Positions 50,851-64,000 of a stretch of 64,000 nucleotides of DNA are shown piece by piece. This stretch comes from Tubiluchus corallicola (taxonomy: Eukaryota; Animalia; Priapulida), in the NCBI GenBank assembly GCA_030141605.1, contig JAQGDQ010000008.1, positions 186,001 to 250,000 of the forward strand, given 5' to 3'. Both the position numbers and the translations under genes were made by a program. The notes beneath the pieces were generated by a model. That model saw only the letters and a program-made list of their open reading frames with translations. It did no database searches and had not been told where the DNA came from. Position 1 is the stretch's first letter. The number at the start of each line of letters is the position of its first letter.

Positions 50851-53800
50851 CAGGATCTTGAATCTAGGGCTCATACAGTTTTAACTTAAAAGGGTTCTAG
50901 ATGTAATACAAATGCAGTGGTTACTAAGAAACAACAGTGTGCTAAGACGAGTGCTAGTGGTCACACACCGATAAAGCAATGTACACGGTGCGGTACTAAA
51001 CATGGCAAATTATATCCAGCTTATGGAAAATATTGCAAAAAGTGCCACAAAAGAGGACATTTTGCAAAATGTTGCATTACAGTTATGCCGAAAGTATATA
51101 CAGTCGATGAAGAATTTTTTGTAGGACAATTTCGTCTGATACACCATCCGCTGAGTGGCTAAGGCCGGTAGGAGTGAACAAAACTGTTGTAGTTTTTAAA
51201 TTTGACACGGGTGCAAATGTGAACATAATTACACAAGCAGACTTTCGTACTTTAATAAATAAACCAAAAGTGCACAAAACGAATGTCAAGCTTAGTGGTT
51301 ACTCTGGCGCAACAATCCCAGTGTTTGGAAAATGCATCATGACAGTAACACACAAGAACTGTGAGTTTAAATTGCAGTTTTTAATAGTTTCACATGATAA
51401 TTCTCAGTCGATATTAGATATCGATGCTTGTGAAAAACTGCAGCTTGTTAAGCAAGTCTTGACAGTTAGTCAGCATAAAGATTTTGGTGAATATTCTTCG
51501 TTAATGGATCATTACAGTAATGTATTTCAAGGTATTGGCTGTCTTCCAGGTGAACACACAATTATTATTGATGAATCAGCCCCAAAAATATTTCGGCCGT
51601 GTCGCAAGATACCATTTGCATTAAGAGACTACGTTAGAACAGAACTAGAACGTATGGAGTCGATGGGTGTCATAGCGAAAATAGATGAACCAACAGACTT
51701 CGTAAACAGTATGGTTGTCGCGGTCAAGAAGAATAAAGTAGACATCAAGATATGCCTAGATCCCAGGGATCTCAATCGTGCTATAAAGCGAGAACATTAC
51801 AAATTGCCGACTAGAGAAGAGATTGTGTCACAATTCGCAAATGCCAGAATATTTAGCAAATTGGGTGCTTCATGTGGATTCTGGCAGATGAAACTAGATG
51901 AGGCAAGCTCCAAGTTATGTACGTTCAATACACATTTTGGGAGGTTTCGCTTTCTTAGTTTTGTATATCATCAGCACCAGAGGTATACCATAAAGCAATT
52001 CATATGATTTATGAACACTTGCTTGGTGTTGACTCATCTATGGATGATATAATAACTTGGGGTGCTGACAAAAAGGAACACGATGAAAATTTGATGAAGG
52101 TGCTTGATCAAACAAGACAGGTAAACCTTAAGCTCAACAAAGAAAAGTGTGTGCTTGGTGTAGATAAAGTGACTTTCTTAGGGGAAGTCATTTCAAAGGA
52201 AAGTGTGCAACCTGACCCAACAAAAGTTTAAGCAGTAAAGGAAATTTTACAGCAGGAAGATAAAAAAGAAGTACAGAAGTTTTTGGGCATGATAAATTTT
52301 CTTGGAAAATTTATACCTGATCTGTCAACTAAAACAGCACCATTGCATCAACTGTTGGATAAACAAAGAGTTTCTGTGGTCACATGAATAGCAGCAAGCA
52401 AGGTTACAGTTAAAACAATTACTTTCTGAAGAACCCGTGCTTAGGTTCTACGACACAGAAAAACGTATTAAAATATCTTCAGAGCTGTATTATTACAAAA
52501 GCATGATGATCAGTGGCTTCCCGTGGCATACGCCGGTAGATCGCTTACAGATGCTGAGACTAGGTATGCTCAGATAGAGCCGGAACTTTTATCATAGTTT
52601 TTGCTTGTGAACGTTTTCATTAGTTCATATTTGCTATTGTCTACAGGAAATACAGCAGTATTGGCCTATTCGTAGTAACCATTGTGGGTGGTGTAGTATT
52701 TAAAGGAACCATAGTAGTTATTTCAAGTTCTCTTCACAAAGAGATACTACCGAGAATACATGAAGGCCATCAAGGAATTGAAAAATGCAAACGCAGAGCG
52801 CGTGAAGTGCTTTATTGGCCTAACATAAACCACCATGTTACAGAAATGGTACAGAAATGTGAAACTTGTCAGAGATACCTACCAAGTCAGCAAGTTGAAC
52901 CATTAATATCACACGAAGTTACTAAAAGACCATGGGAAAAGCTTGGCCTGGATTTGTTTTCCTGTAATGGTAAAGAGTTTGTCATACTGACTGACTATTA
53001 CTTGACTTATCCAAAAGTAGCAAAGCTCAAGTCTACCACTAGTGCAGCTGTAATTAACTTCGTTAAATCTGCATGTTCACGACATGGTATTCCGGATGAA
53101 ATCTTCAGTGACAATGGTCCACAGATGTCAAACAAGGAGTTTTCTGATTTTACTAAAGATTGGAACATCAGTCATATGACCTCTAGTCCCGAGTACCCGA
53201 AATCGAATGGAATGATTGAAAAAAACAGTATTAAAAAGACGTCGCGCAGTCATGATGACTTCTATAAAGGTTTGCTTGCATATCGTAGTACACCACTTGA
53301 CATAGGGTTGTTACCAGCTCAACTGTTAATGAACAGAAGAGTGCAGTCTATATTACCAATAACGAGCAAGCTTCTATAAGTTCCAGGAAATAAGATCATT
53401 CTTGACTGGAAATGTAGTCAGAAAATCAAACAGAAAAAGTGCTATGATCGCAAAGCTCGTCCACTTGCTGAACTTAAACCAGATGAGAGAGTCTTAATCA
53501 GAAATCCTGTTAGTAAGATGTGGGACAGGAAAGTTTCCGTGATTACGAAAGTGCAGAAACGTTCATATCTTCTCAGATTGGATAATGGAACTGTTTTGAG
53601 AAGGAATAGATCTGCTATCAGACTGAAACCAGTGACTGTAATTCTGAATTGATTGATTTGCAACCACAGGGAAATGAACACTTTCAGCAACAGCAAGTAA
53701 GACCAAAAGTTGAACAACACAAGATGACTAGATTTGGAAGAGTAGTGAGGTGTCCAGAAAGACTGATTGAAACAACGTGAATTTCAGTTTTGAATTTCAA

Positions 53801-54434
53801 TGCTAATTCTAGTTTCAATGTTCAAGTTTCATTTAAGTTCTTAATGTTTCAAGAATTTGTGCACAAAATAGTTAAGGTGCATTTTTATAGTTTTTACAGA
53901 GCAATGTAACTGACTTGTGGATTAGAAAACTACTAATTCTTAAATCATACTGTTAAATCCATTAGTGATACTGTTACAACAGCTATAATGTTAGAGTTAG
54001 TTAAATAGATCTTTCACTACAATTCAGTTTTAAATGAAACTATAACACTTCTGTGATCGAAATTTATGAGAAACCAGTTTATTGCATGTATAACTAAACA
54101 TTTCATATACTGTGGATGGAGCTCTACTGAAGGCTGTCCAAAAGTTCAAAATTATCTGTAGTGTAAAAGTTAACATGTTCAACTTTAAAGTTCTAGTTTA
54201 AAGCCTATGTAATTGAAGTTTGAAATCTAAATTTGGGTTTGATAAAGTGCTTCTTTTAGAAAAAGGGAGTAACAAATCATAGTTGAATTGAATTAAAAGT
54301 TGATCGTGATTGCGTGTCTAAAAATGATAATGTCGTAACCTGCATTTGTTAAACTAAATTTTGGAGTAAATAATTACTTTAGTCTTACTTAAGTGTTATT
54401 ATATATATATATATATATGGGCCCAAACATTACA
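50851..54434 (+). mobile_element. Decayed Ty3/Gypsy LTR retrotransposon (gag end, protease, RT, RNase H, integrase, putative PPT and 3' LTR)
   Basis: Zn knuckles CTRCG..H / CKKCHKRGHFAKCC, protease FKFDTGANVN, RT ICLDPRDLNRAIKRE / GFWQM / MDDII, RNase H YAQIE, integrase HEGHQG..C..C and SDNGPQ. Purine tract AGAAAAAGGGAG near 54258, followed by a short LTR-like segment ending ATTACA. LTR limits are uncertain. Confidence 0.93.
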
Positions 54435-55611
54435 GACGAGAGCTGACAGTATTTTGAGCCACGTAAATGTCTGAAGGCTCTACCGCAATATATATTTATA
54501 CACTATGGTTGTAAAATGTGCAACACCACCAGGTTTAAGACTGTAAGTACTCTAAGCCTCACCAAATATGCCGATTTTTCTTTATAAATACAGTTCTCAA
54601 CGCACGCAAAAACTTCGATCACTCTGAAGTTAAAAAAACAATTGAGCATTCTCGATGATAATGAATTTTGTTGTATAGGTTTATTGTCACCTTTTGTAAA
54701 ATTATCTAATAGTACTGCTATATTAGTGTGTCTGAGAGGCATTTATGACAAATTTTCAAAAGTCTCAGTTGAATTTTATGTAACCACTGATCTTTATTTC
54801 TGCAATATTTAAAAACTATAATAGAAAAGCGAAATCGACTGACATTGGCTAATTTTATGAAAAATTACATAGTTTAATTAGATTGACAGTTAATTAATCA
54901 ATCAAAAATATTAATGAATAAATCAAAATCAAAACTAAATAGCAGTAAACTTACATCGTTGCGGCATATATCTAATGATAAATTTCGCTAGCTTGCACAA
55001 GACAGATCGTTCACATATACTACTGAACAACATAACTGTCAATGCCCACACTTTAAAGTTTTCTGGTAGATGGAGCCATCTTGGCTACAAAATTAAAATT
55101 CATTAAGCCAGGTTCACACTGGCCTTAATACCGCTACAAAACTAAATTGTACAGCACAAAGCTACTAGTGCCGTTGGTGTCACAGACTTACCAATTCAGC
55201 TTCCTGTATGCTTTAGATGCTAAGAAGCCAGTGTGTCTGAAGCCATTTTTAAATATATCAGCTCCCACAATTTTGTTCCAACAAAGCAATGTCTACCGAA
55301 GGTAATGCGTTTGCTAGCGTAATCCAGAATGCAAATTCACTGTCGGACGCGGGGTACATTTTACAGGACAATATGCTGCCTCGAGGACAACTAATTTTTT
55401 ACGAGAAAAATCTAAGGTGGATTTAATTGGGCATTGTCTTTTACTGAATCAATCGTTTTTGCTACTGGCCAGTATTGCCCCTTGAACGTTTACACCACAA
55501 TTAGATACAGATTCTGGGAGCGGCACGTTTAGAAATTACTACCACTACGTATGTTGTTTTAGACATTAAATCAACATCGAATCTTCCGTAAGTAGACAAC
55601 TTGGTGTAGGC

Positions 55612-58406
55612 CTAGTCCATCTCTTGTTGCCCTGGATAAAATTGTTGTAATACAACGTAATAAGTGATGAACACGCTCATCGCCTAAATATAAAAAATGT
55701 AATTATTATATATTGTCCGCTACAAGCGAAAACATTTTGCTTATCCAACACATTTTAGTGAAAGAGTTGAACTGAAAGACACTGCACAGTCGGGCCTGAT
55801 TTTCTCTTGCCGTGCAATTCGGATGAAGGTAAAAAATGGCATTTCTAAATAGAGTACAAGTGACAGGGATCGGTAAAATTGTACAGGTAAAAATGACACA
55901 GGAAAAAATAGCACAAATGGAAAGTAGAAAAATGACACAATGTAACTTCCATACAAGTAAGTTGCTTAATAAAACTAGAAAGGCACTCAGTAGGAAGAAG
56001 ACATCTGCCAAATCAGAATAATCCTAAATATGTTCGACTGATTCTGTTGATGGAAAAAAAGCAAAGATAAACAGAAGGACGTATAAAAATATACCTAAAT
56101 AAGTAATTAAATATTACATAGCTAGCGAAATAACACACAAAATATATTGTTCCCAAAATAGAATTATAACAACAATGCACCAACAATGCACCACCATTGA
56201 TGATGGTTTTGCAAAAAAAACTAGCAAAAACGCGTCTATTAGCATCAGTACCAAGATGCGTATTCCTTGTCATGCACCCAACTTCTCCTCAGCGTTTCAT
56301 GGAGACCAATTAAGTAGTTTCTGCTTAATCCTGTTAACAAACAAACTAACAAACCAATGGCGATGAAATCATAACCTTATGGAGGTAATCACATAATCGT
56401 AACCGCAATCGCAAATCGTTGTTTTGCGTAATGCCGCCAAGCAAACAGACATACAATGAAAACATGTAACTTCCTTGGCAGAGGCAAAAAGAATTAAAAA
56501 CATTATTTTTAAAAGTAATCCTAACTCTTAATTTTAATTTACTAAGTGTGCTATTTTTTTTCTATTTTCCCACGTGTGCCTTTTTTCTTGTGCCATTTTT
56601 AGCCAATTTTACCGAGCCATTTTACCTGTGCCATTTTTAGCTGAGCTATTTTTACCATGTATCGTGCCATTTGTGTGTTTTCAAAGACGTCAGGATTTTT
56701 TATGTTAATGTCATATCTTCTGAAACAGGGTTTTGCTGCGCAGCCTGCATTGATATTGATAACCCCATGTGGTGTTTTAGTCTCGTTCATACTTACTGTT
56801 AATATAAATCCTCTATCGATAACGAAAAACTTTCCAGCTGTAATTCCTATTCTTTGTCCCACTATTCTTTTTACAAACAAACTTATCTGAAAAATACATT
56901 GGTATATAATTATCACTCTTTGTGTTAGCAATTCATGCCTACCAAATATGATTTAGAACTACATGGCGAATAATCAGTACAAAACTCTAAGAATTTGTCG
57001 GACCTAATTTTATGATGCCAGTTTGCCATACCGAATAATCAACTTCTTAACCTACCAGCTCTATTCAATTATCATTACAGCAAAATTGAACCTGAAATTG
57101 TTCGTCCTTTGATAACCTTGACGCGCACATGTCATGCAATAGCTCTAACGGCTCCCCTGCCTGAAAAAAATAAAAAATTGAAATCTACGCCTATAGTCAG
57201 CATAAAGTATTATTATTTGTCAAAAATTTTTAGACGCTATGCCAGTTATTGTTTCTTTTAACCCATTTGTCATAACTACAAGTTTTGATTAAACTTTTGA
57301 AACTTAGTAGTGGTTGCAAATTTATGAAACAATGAAAGATCAAAAACAAATTTTAAAAGATCCGGTACAGCAACACTTACTTCATCGCTGAGCAATCCAG
57401 AAGCAAAACTCAGTGAAATCAACGAGAGTCCAACCCCTAGCAGACAGACGAGCGTATGAAGACTGTAGAGGGTGTGTGCACTGAAGCTAATGTTTGACAA
57501 CACTTGTAAATCTAACAAAATTATGCTAACCATAGATGTGATTGCAATTGCTGTGAATGGCGCAAAGACCTGATCAGTGTCACACAGAAGTCGACAGACT
57601 TTTTGGTGCCGTTGCCTATGTAATCCAATGTTTCTCACAAGATTTGCATCAGCTAACATCACACTGTATACGGACACAAATTCTTTTCTGAGAACAAGAA
57701 TCATAACGTTTAGCAGAGCTGGGTAACCCCAAGCACATGCGTAGAGAATCTCGTAAAGCAGGAACATTAACGCATACGTAAGAAGGTTGAAAAATCCAGG
57801 GGAAATCCGGGAAATGGGAGGCATTTGCAGTGAAATAATAGCGCCCATGGCCGCAAGTACAGTTATGTCCAGCATAAACGCCACTGATATACACTTGCAG
57901 CATTTATTCACACATGTGAGGGTCCCTCCATCAGCTTCGTTATCCCGTTCCAGAAAATAACGTTCCCATTTCATAAATAATTTCTGAATCTGGTTATGCC
58001 GCAAGAGGATTGCAATAAGATTTGTGATACTTTGAAACGTTATAACAATATTCGGCAGCTGCACCCGAATCAGTAGACTAACATTAGCATCCTTAGTTGC
58101 TAAGATGTAGACACACATTGAAAAACATGTACAAAACCAAGTAATTTCGACAAAAACTAGAATAGCTGCTACTGTCATACCGCAATTACTCCGTTGATAG
58201 ATATTAGAAATGGAGAAAGGCCATGCGCCAAAGGTTTTGAGAATCATAATAAGTGGACGCAAGGCACGCAGAAGTTTTCGCTCTGCAATTATATCCGTCG
58301 GTCTCATTACATGCAAATTCTTGCTGATGTCAGAAACTCCGTCCTCAGAACTTAAGGAAGCAATTAGAACACGATGTCCACGTGAGAGTGACCGCACAAC
58401 CGCCAT
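55612..58406 (-). CDS. Gustatory receptor-like (GRL, 7tm_7 family) chemoreceptor, 4 exons, 418 aa
   Basis: Exons 58406-57381 (multi-TM; HRQRHQKVCRLLCDTDQVFAPF), 57160-57092 (AGEPLELLHDM..EQFQ), 56886-56797 (ISLFVKRI..IGITAGKFFVIDRGFILT) and 55683-55612 (AMSVFITYYVVLQQF..stop). Three phase-0 introns and the TM7 TYhhhhhQF signature. Confidence 0.9.
55821..56663. mobile_element. Mutator-like foldback non-autonomous transposon, copy B, in GRL intron 3
   Basis: GGATGAAGGTAAAAAATGGC left arm with tandem units and an inverted GTGCCATTTTT right arm. Imperfect 9-bp flanks GTGCAATTC / GTGCCATTT. Confidence 0.75.
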
Positions 58407-59837
58407 CGCTTAAGAGTCATTTAAATTTAAATCAAATTTAATTTAAGCAGGATATCCAGTAATGTCCAGATGGCTATAAATACATAAACTGCACCTTTAC
58501 TGAGAAATTACGCACTTCATAAAAAGAAGCTTAGCTAAGTATTCAGATGAAATTCAAGTGATCAATAATTTTGTCAATGGCACGAGGTTTCAGCTTACAG
58601 ATGTTTTTACACTCTATTAATGTTTTTGGTAGATTCGCTAAATAGCTTCTAATAAAATGCTCCAATAATAACGTCTTTTGTAACTGTTAAAGACTTATGT
58701 TAAGTTTACTTAGAGGGACTTGATTAACCGGATTGAAAACTCTTGGTCAGTTCGTCAGAGTGCGCTCCATTTACTTGAGTGTAATAACGCTTTCTTGGTT
58801 CACCTGAATAGCTTCAAATTAGTTTACTTGAATGTCTTACTGAATGTCTTACAGTTTTCTTCATCGCTAGCTTGCTTGAAGTGCTTCAAGCTTGCTAATT
58901 CACGAGCTGAATGCTGCTGAATCACTTCATGCATGTGGTCTCCTCTTTACAACTTCGTCGTTGAATGCCTTATTCAATCGTTCAAGAAGTTCATTCCTTA
59001 GCAAGTAGCTTCAGTTTTTATTAGTTCATTTCAATTATTGCCCTGTTGACTTAATTCACTGTTAGCGGATCAAGTGGCTTTCCTCTGTATTAGTTCACTC
59101 GAATGGCTTCACACGGCACATTTTTTTTCAGCTGAATTGCATAGTTTCATTCGCTTGCAGTTGCTATGAAAGAATGGCTACGCTCTTAAGAACGATTTTG
59201 TAATGTTCTGACGCTAGCTCAGTTGTTTACCTTATAATTAACATGTGCACGCAGGTATAAAAATCAGCTGTTTACTCTATAAAGTATTTGGTCGTCCATC
59301 TCGCAAATGAATGGTAAACAATAATGCAAACACTGAAATTGTTTGACTGTAAGTGAAGCACTTCAGCTATTGATGGCTATTAAGGCAGAAAAGAAGCGCA
59401 ATACCGCAAAACTTGTGTGTATTTTGTTAAAAAAACGATATTAAAGTAATTAACAACCGTGACAACTAATTTAAGAACGGAAATATTGGAAATCATCTAA
59501 TTTACCAAAACGCCAGACAGTTCATGTTGTTCTTCAATGCCTTATTTTCAGTCTCTTACAGCCGAAATTATTTACCAGACAAATGCTTTTCTATTAACTA
59601 ACAAGATCGTTTCATTTCAAGAAGAATGTCACCAAATACCACTGTCGTTAGCAGAGTAGTTACAAGAATCCATTTTCTTACTTATTGTATCTTTACTTTC
59701 TAACTGCAGCCATTTATAGCTTTGTTTGAAGCGGTTTATACAATAATAAAGGTATTGTGAAGTCTAGTATTGTAAACGGTATAGGCTATACATATATATC
59801 GCCATAGGCCGTATATAGTTATCGCTATATTATATAT

Positions 59838-59839
59838 AG

Positions 59840-59894
<55 letters not shown>
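59838..59894. repeat. (TA)n microsatellite
   Basis: TA run of about 55 bp. Confidence 0.95.
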
Positions 59895-59897
<3 letters not shown>

Positions 59898-60316
59898 CTA
59901 TTATTTATATGTCATTAAAAGTCAAATGAAATAATATAAAATATGGATTTAAGTATTCCAACGCCAGGCGGCGCGCGATAGTTACTTCAAAGTTTGGCCA
60001 CGAAAATTCACTGTTTAAATAACAGGCAGTCTACAAAACCTATGCCTCATGGTTCACGAAATATTTTCAAAAAGAAATAAAATGCTCGATTTTTTTTCAT
60101 TTCCACATTGTTAGCGTAGAGAGCATCAAATGAAACGCATAAGATATAATACACACCAGTAGGCGGTTGTTTTACTACATGTATTACTTGGTACGACTTT
60201 TTTCCAGTCATCATGTTACGGAGAGAATGATTATTGGTGCACTGGAAAGTATAAGGAAAACTTCATTAAATTAAAATGAAGAAAAGATTGAGAAAGCAGA
60301 TAAGGTTAATGATAAC

Positions 60317-60321
<5 letters not shown>

Positions 60322-60366
<45 letters not shown>
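60322..60366. repeat. (CT)n microsatellite
   Basis: Pure CT run. Confidence 0.95.
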
Positions 60367-60369
<3 letters not shown>

Positions 60370-61591
60370 ATGTAAAAAAGTTAGTCCATAACAAAGCATG
60401 TTCCTTACTGCTTCATCAGCGACGTCAGGTAAATACAAATAGTAAGTAACATTAACTTGTTTAATACAGATATTTCATTTTTAATGCAACTGATTATCTT
60501 ATAGGCTCAAAATTTCTAACAAGTTTTCAGCAATATTATGGAAAGGTCCTTCGTACTTAGATAGTATGAATGCCAATGCAAGACTGCATTAATACTTCTA
60601 GTTATGAATGAACACAACTCACAAGAGAACAAAGACTCTTAAAAAAGTCAATGAATAGAGTCAGTGACAAAAGAGCGCTGCACAGTAGCGCCACCTGGTT
60701 CAAATCTTGAAAGGTAGTGTGCTGGTGCGACTCTTTATGATAATGACCTTGTGTTTATTGCATGTCGGCATAGCGGCTTTCTACTGTGACTGAGCCAGTC
60801 AATTCACCATCTAGGAACTCCAGTAGATTCACCCAAACAATGATCAAGGCTTGAGGGCTGGCTCGTTAGATTTGCCTAAAGATTTGCTGGCTCCTTTTTG
60901 TCAGTTCTGGCAGTGACTGTAGTGTGGTATAGTCACGTGATTTTGTTTTGCATGACGTATCACACGATGCAGCACAAAGAGTGTGTTCTCGATTACAATT
61001 TCTAACTAAGAATTGCTGTAGCTTTTCTTCGTGTAGTTTAATGTAGTAAGACGCAATTTTGTGATTAACAGCCACATCTTGACGGAAAACCGCTTACGTC
61101 GGTGCCTTATGAGTTTGTTTCAATTATGTTACTGGAAAACTTTGAAGCGCACAGATAACACCGGACAGATTTAATAACCACATTGGCAATGAAGCAGTCT
61201 AATCACGTTATTTGATCAACTCTTTACTCGCGTCTTCTAAGCTGTTCGTTTCGATTTAATTTGCTTGGGATTTTCAACCTAGTTAGGTCATTGTTCGAAC
61301 GGTTGCGTGTGTATTGTGCAAGAACTATCGTCTTACATAACTTGTGCTGTGCACTAACGCGTGACAACAGCAATACTGTATTTCCATAGTTGAAAACACA
61401 AGATTCGGATAATGATATTTGTGTGCTAAAATAAGTGTGTGCGAAGATATAAATCATGTTTAACACCTGGAATACAAAGCCTACAGGTACAATGATTATT
61501 TCCTACTCGTTCCACACAGCAGTGATATTAAATTTGTCTGTTCAATAGTTTAATATCAGTTTCGAGTTGCGTTTTCCTCTCTATTATTAGC

Positions 61592-61615
61592 ATTATATTA
61601 TTATTATTATTATCG

Positions 61616-61650
<35 letters not shown>
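61592..61650. repeat. (ATT)n microsatellite
   Basis: Interrupted ATT run. A similar one lies at about 19298-19343. Confidence 0.9.
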
Positions 61651-62507
61651 TCTTAAATCGGCAGTTTGCTAATATTTTGTGTATATAACATTACCTACAG
61701 CTTTTTTATTAAAAAATGATATTGCAATTGAATTTGCAAAATAATTATCAAAGGCTTATAATGTAATTAATAGTCATACCATCATTTAAATAACTGTTTA
61801 TTTACTAATAGTACTAACTTTTTGCCGTTACAGCCTGCATGACCTTACTGATAGAAAAAAATTAGCAATATTTTCATTTTATGGAAAAAATGTCACCTTT
61901 GTCTTTCCCTGGTCACAAGTTTATACTCAGCAGCGTTATGATAGGCTTATGCCGCATGCGACATTTGAAAGATTATTAAGATTAACATGTAGCCTTGATT
62001 ACGTACCCTAAATATCTCACAACTTGATAGAATAATCTGAAGACTTCAGTCTTGTGACATTTTCCTAAGCCTTACAACCTTCAAATTGCGGCGTTCCAAA
62101 AGAGTACGCCATATTTTCGAATCGTAATTTACAAACATTTTCTTTGTGTGTCTACTTTACATAACAATTAAAGACATATTACCCGCCATAAAACTAGTCT
62201 GTCGAAGTTAATGTCAAGTCAACATGTTATTCTCAGTTTGACCTTGGAGAAATTAATACCTGTCGTAAAAGTAACAATTAATGCTGTTGTTATATGTTCA
62301 GGTTTTCTTTTAAAAGTAACTACCACGGGCTGTGAATTGCCTTATCTGCAGGTAGCCTGAATATCAACATGTTTTAATGGGGGCGAAACTTCTTCCGATT
62401 TTGCGCAACAAGTAAGATGGGAAACGCCAACGCCCGCCCTTTGGACGCCCTGCAAATGAGAGGTAAGGTCCACGCTTTGATTTTTCTAATTTAGTTCATG
62501 TCAGGGC

Positions 62508-62765
62508 TTTTTAATCTTTACCCACGTCGACACTATGGCGTTAAGTCGCGTCTGTTTGTTTGTGTGTCTCCACACAATAGAATTAAAACGGGTAACGCTA
62601 TAATCACCAAACGTGGCACAAGAATACATCTGGACAATACATGTAAACCTATTGATATCTGGTTAAAAATGTTAAAACACAAGATTCCAATGTCAAAATA
62701 GTAAATTTTTGCCCGTAGCAACTTCGTGTGAAAGCGTGGCTATATCGAATGCACTTTAGTCTTGT
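62508..62765 (+). mobile_element. Probable Helentron/DINE-like non-autonomous interspersed repeat
   Basis: T-rich start, GTCTGTTTGTTTGTGTGTCT microsatellite seed and an ATCACCAAACGTGGCACA motif. Recognised by pattern only. Confidence 0.4.
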
Positions 62766-64000
62766 GAACTACAGGCCATTTTGAAATACGCACATAAGCT
62801 CACAAACACAACATTTTCACACACAATAAACGTACGCAAAGAATAAAATAATCTTACGCTTCTCGCTCTTTTCTAACAGAAATTGATGACCACCCCTCAA
62901 CGACTGTGATAATTCAAAACTTTTTAATTTGTTATCTGACCCTTCTATTGAAGCCCCTTTACAGACTTAAGGGATCCACGACCCAATTTAGGAACCTCTG
63001 GCTTAGTTACTTAGTTTGAAGTGGGCTATGATGACTTCACGTCTAATGTGGTGAATATGAAAAACATTCTTTGTTACAGTTATTGAATAGTGACTATTAT
63101 AATTGTTTACTATCTGATCACTGATCATAATTCACACAAAATTTGCCAACACTGCAAAAATATATCTCAGTTTTTCAGCAGATTAGTACAATATGCTAAT
63201 CACTCGGTCGTTATAAGGTTTCATTGGGATATTCATTATACTGAACGATTCAATTTCGTTTTGAATTTATCTGGCAATAAATAAGTTAATCGTTCTTTAA
63301 AGTTATGAGGAAATGTTCATACTACTAACCTTATTAAATATGACTGATGATTAATAGCCATATTTGAAAATTGCATTTCTACTACGTTTCGACTTCCACT
63401 TAGAATCCACTAACTTTTTTAATTTTTTAATTTATATCAGTACACAGTAACTATTTCTGAGCACTGTTTCAGAGCCCAGAATTTATTAGAAAGGCATTTT
63501 TCTTTATAACTTTTGCACTATTATGTTTTTGCTTTGTCGTTCAATCACGATTGTTTTAGTTAAACAAATCTGGCACGACCAGTGCAGGAACAACTGAACT
63601 TTAAGGTTCATTATCCGATGATGTGCGTGATATTGTCAGCATCACCACTAACTCGTAAGTTGTCGTAATAATCATTTTATTATTGTCGATCCGATCTTTA
63701 TTCTGTTTTGAACCGTAATCTTGCTGTTAACCCATAAGTCTTCAGTACTTGTTCCCTGTCAGAGGGTTAACTTGGCAACATCGCACAGACACACACTAGA
63801 AAGCAGTAATTGCAGAGTCAACCGTTGGTCTCTGTGTACATATAAAATATTTTTGTTTAATCTTTTCTAACATCTCCGCAAGAATTATAATCTGGTAAGA
63901 GAGAGAAAGATAAGCCTTATGAACCTACGTGCTTTCTTTATCTATAAGCCAAAGAAGCAACAACATGGCGTAGCAAATCAGGTTTTGAGTATTTGTTGTT

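Noticed and set aside
57276-57380. C-terminal tail of the 376-aa ORF in the ORF track
   Set aside because: Intron read-through after the GTAAGT donor at 57380; the real C-terminus comes from three downstream exons.

Overview
AT-rich genomic DNA of an invertebrate animal, with GT-AG introns and many decayed transposons. Four protein-coding genes were reconstructed by hand with consistent splice phases. (1) HMG-CoA lyase (HMGCL, +, 10 coding exons, 1100..10073, 338 aa, ending in -SKL). (2) A convergent gamma-glutamyltransferase 7-like gene (-, 16 exons, 41933..12650, 639 aa) with altered catalytic motifs. (3) An intronless glycosyltransferase family 92 gene (+, 15239..16651) nested antisense in a GGT7 intron. 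(4) A gustatory-receptor-like 7TM chemoreceptor (-, 4 exons, 58406..55612, 418 aa) with three phase-0 C-terminal introns and a TY..QF motif. Introns and the 42-55 kb intergenic stretch hold remnants of CR1/L2-type LINEs, a Penelope element with a minimal hammerhead ribozyme, Mutator-like foldback elements, a Harbinger with a nested hAT-like MITE, and an abutting LINE/Copia/Gypsy mosaic. No tRNA, rRNA or CRISPR features were seen. All homology calls are from motif recognition, not database searches.
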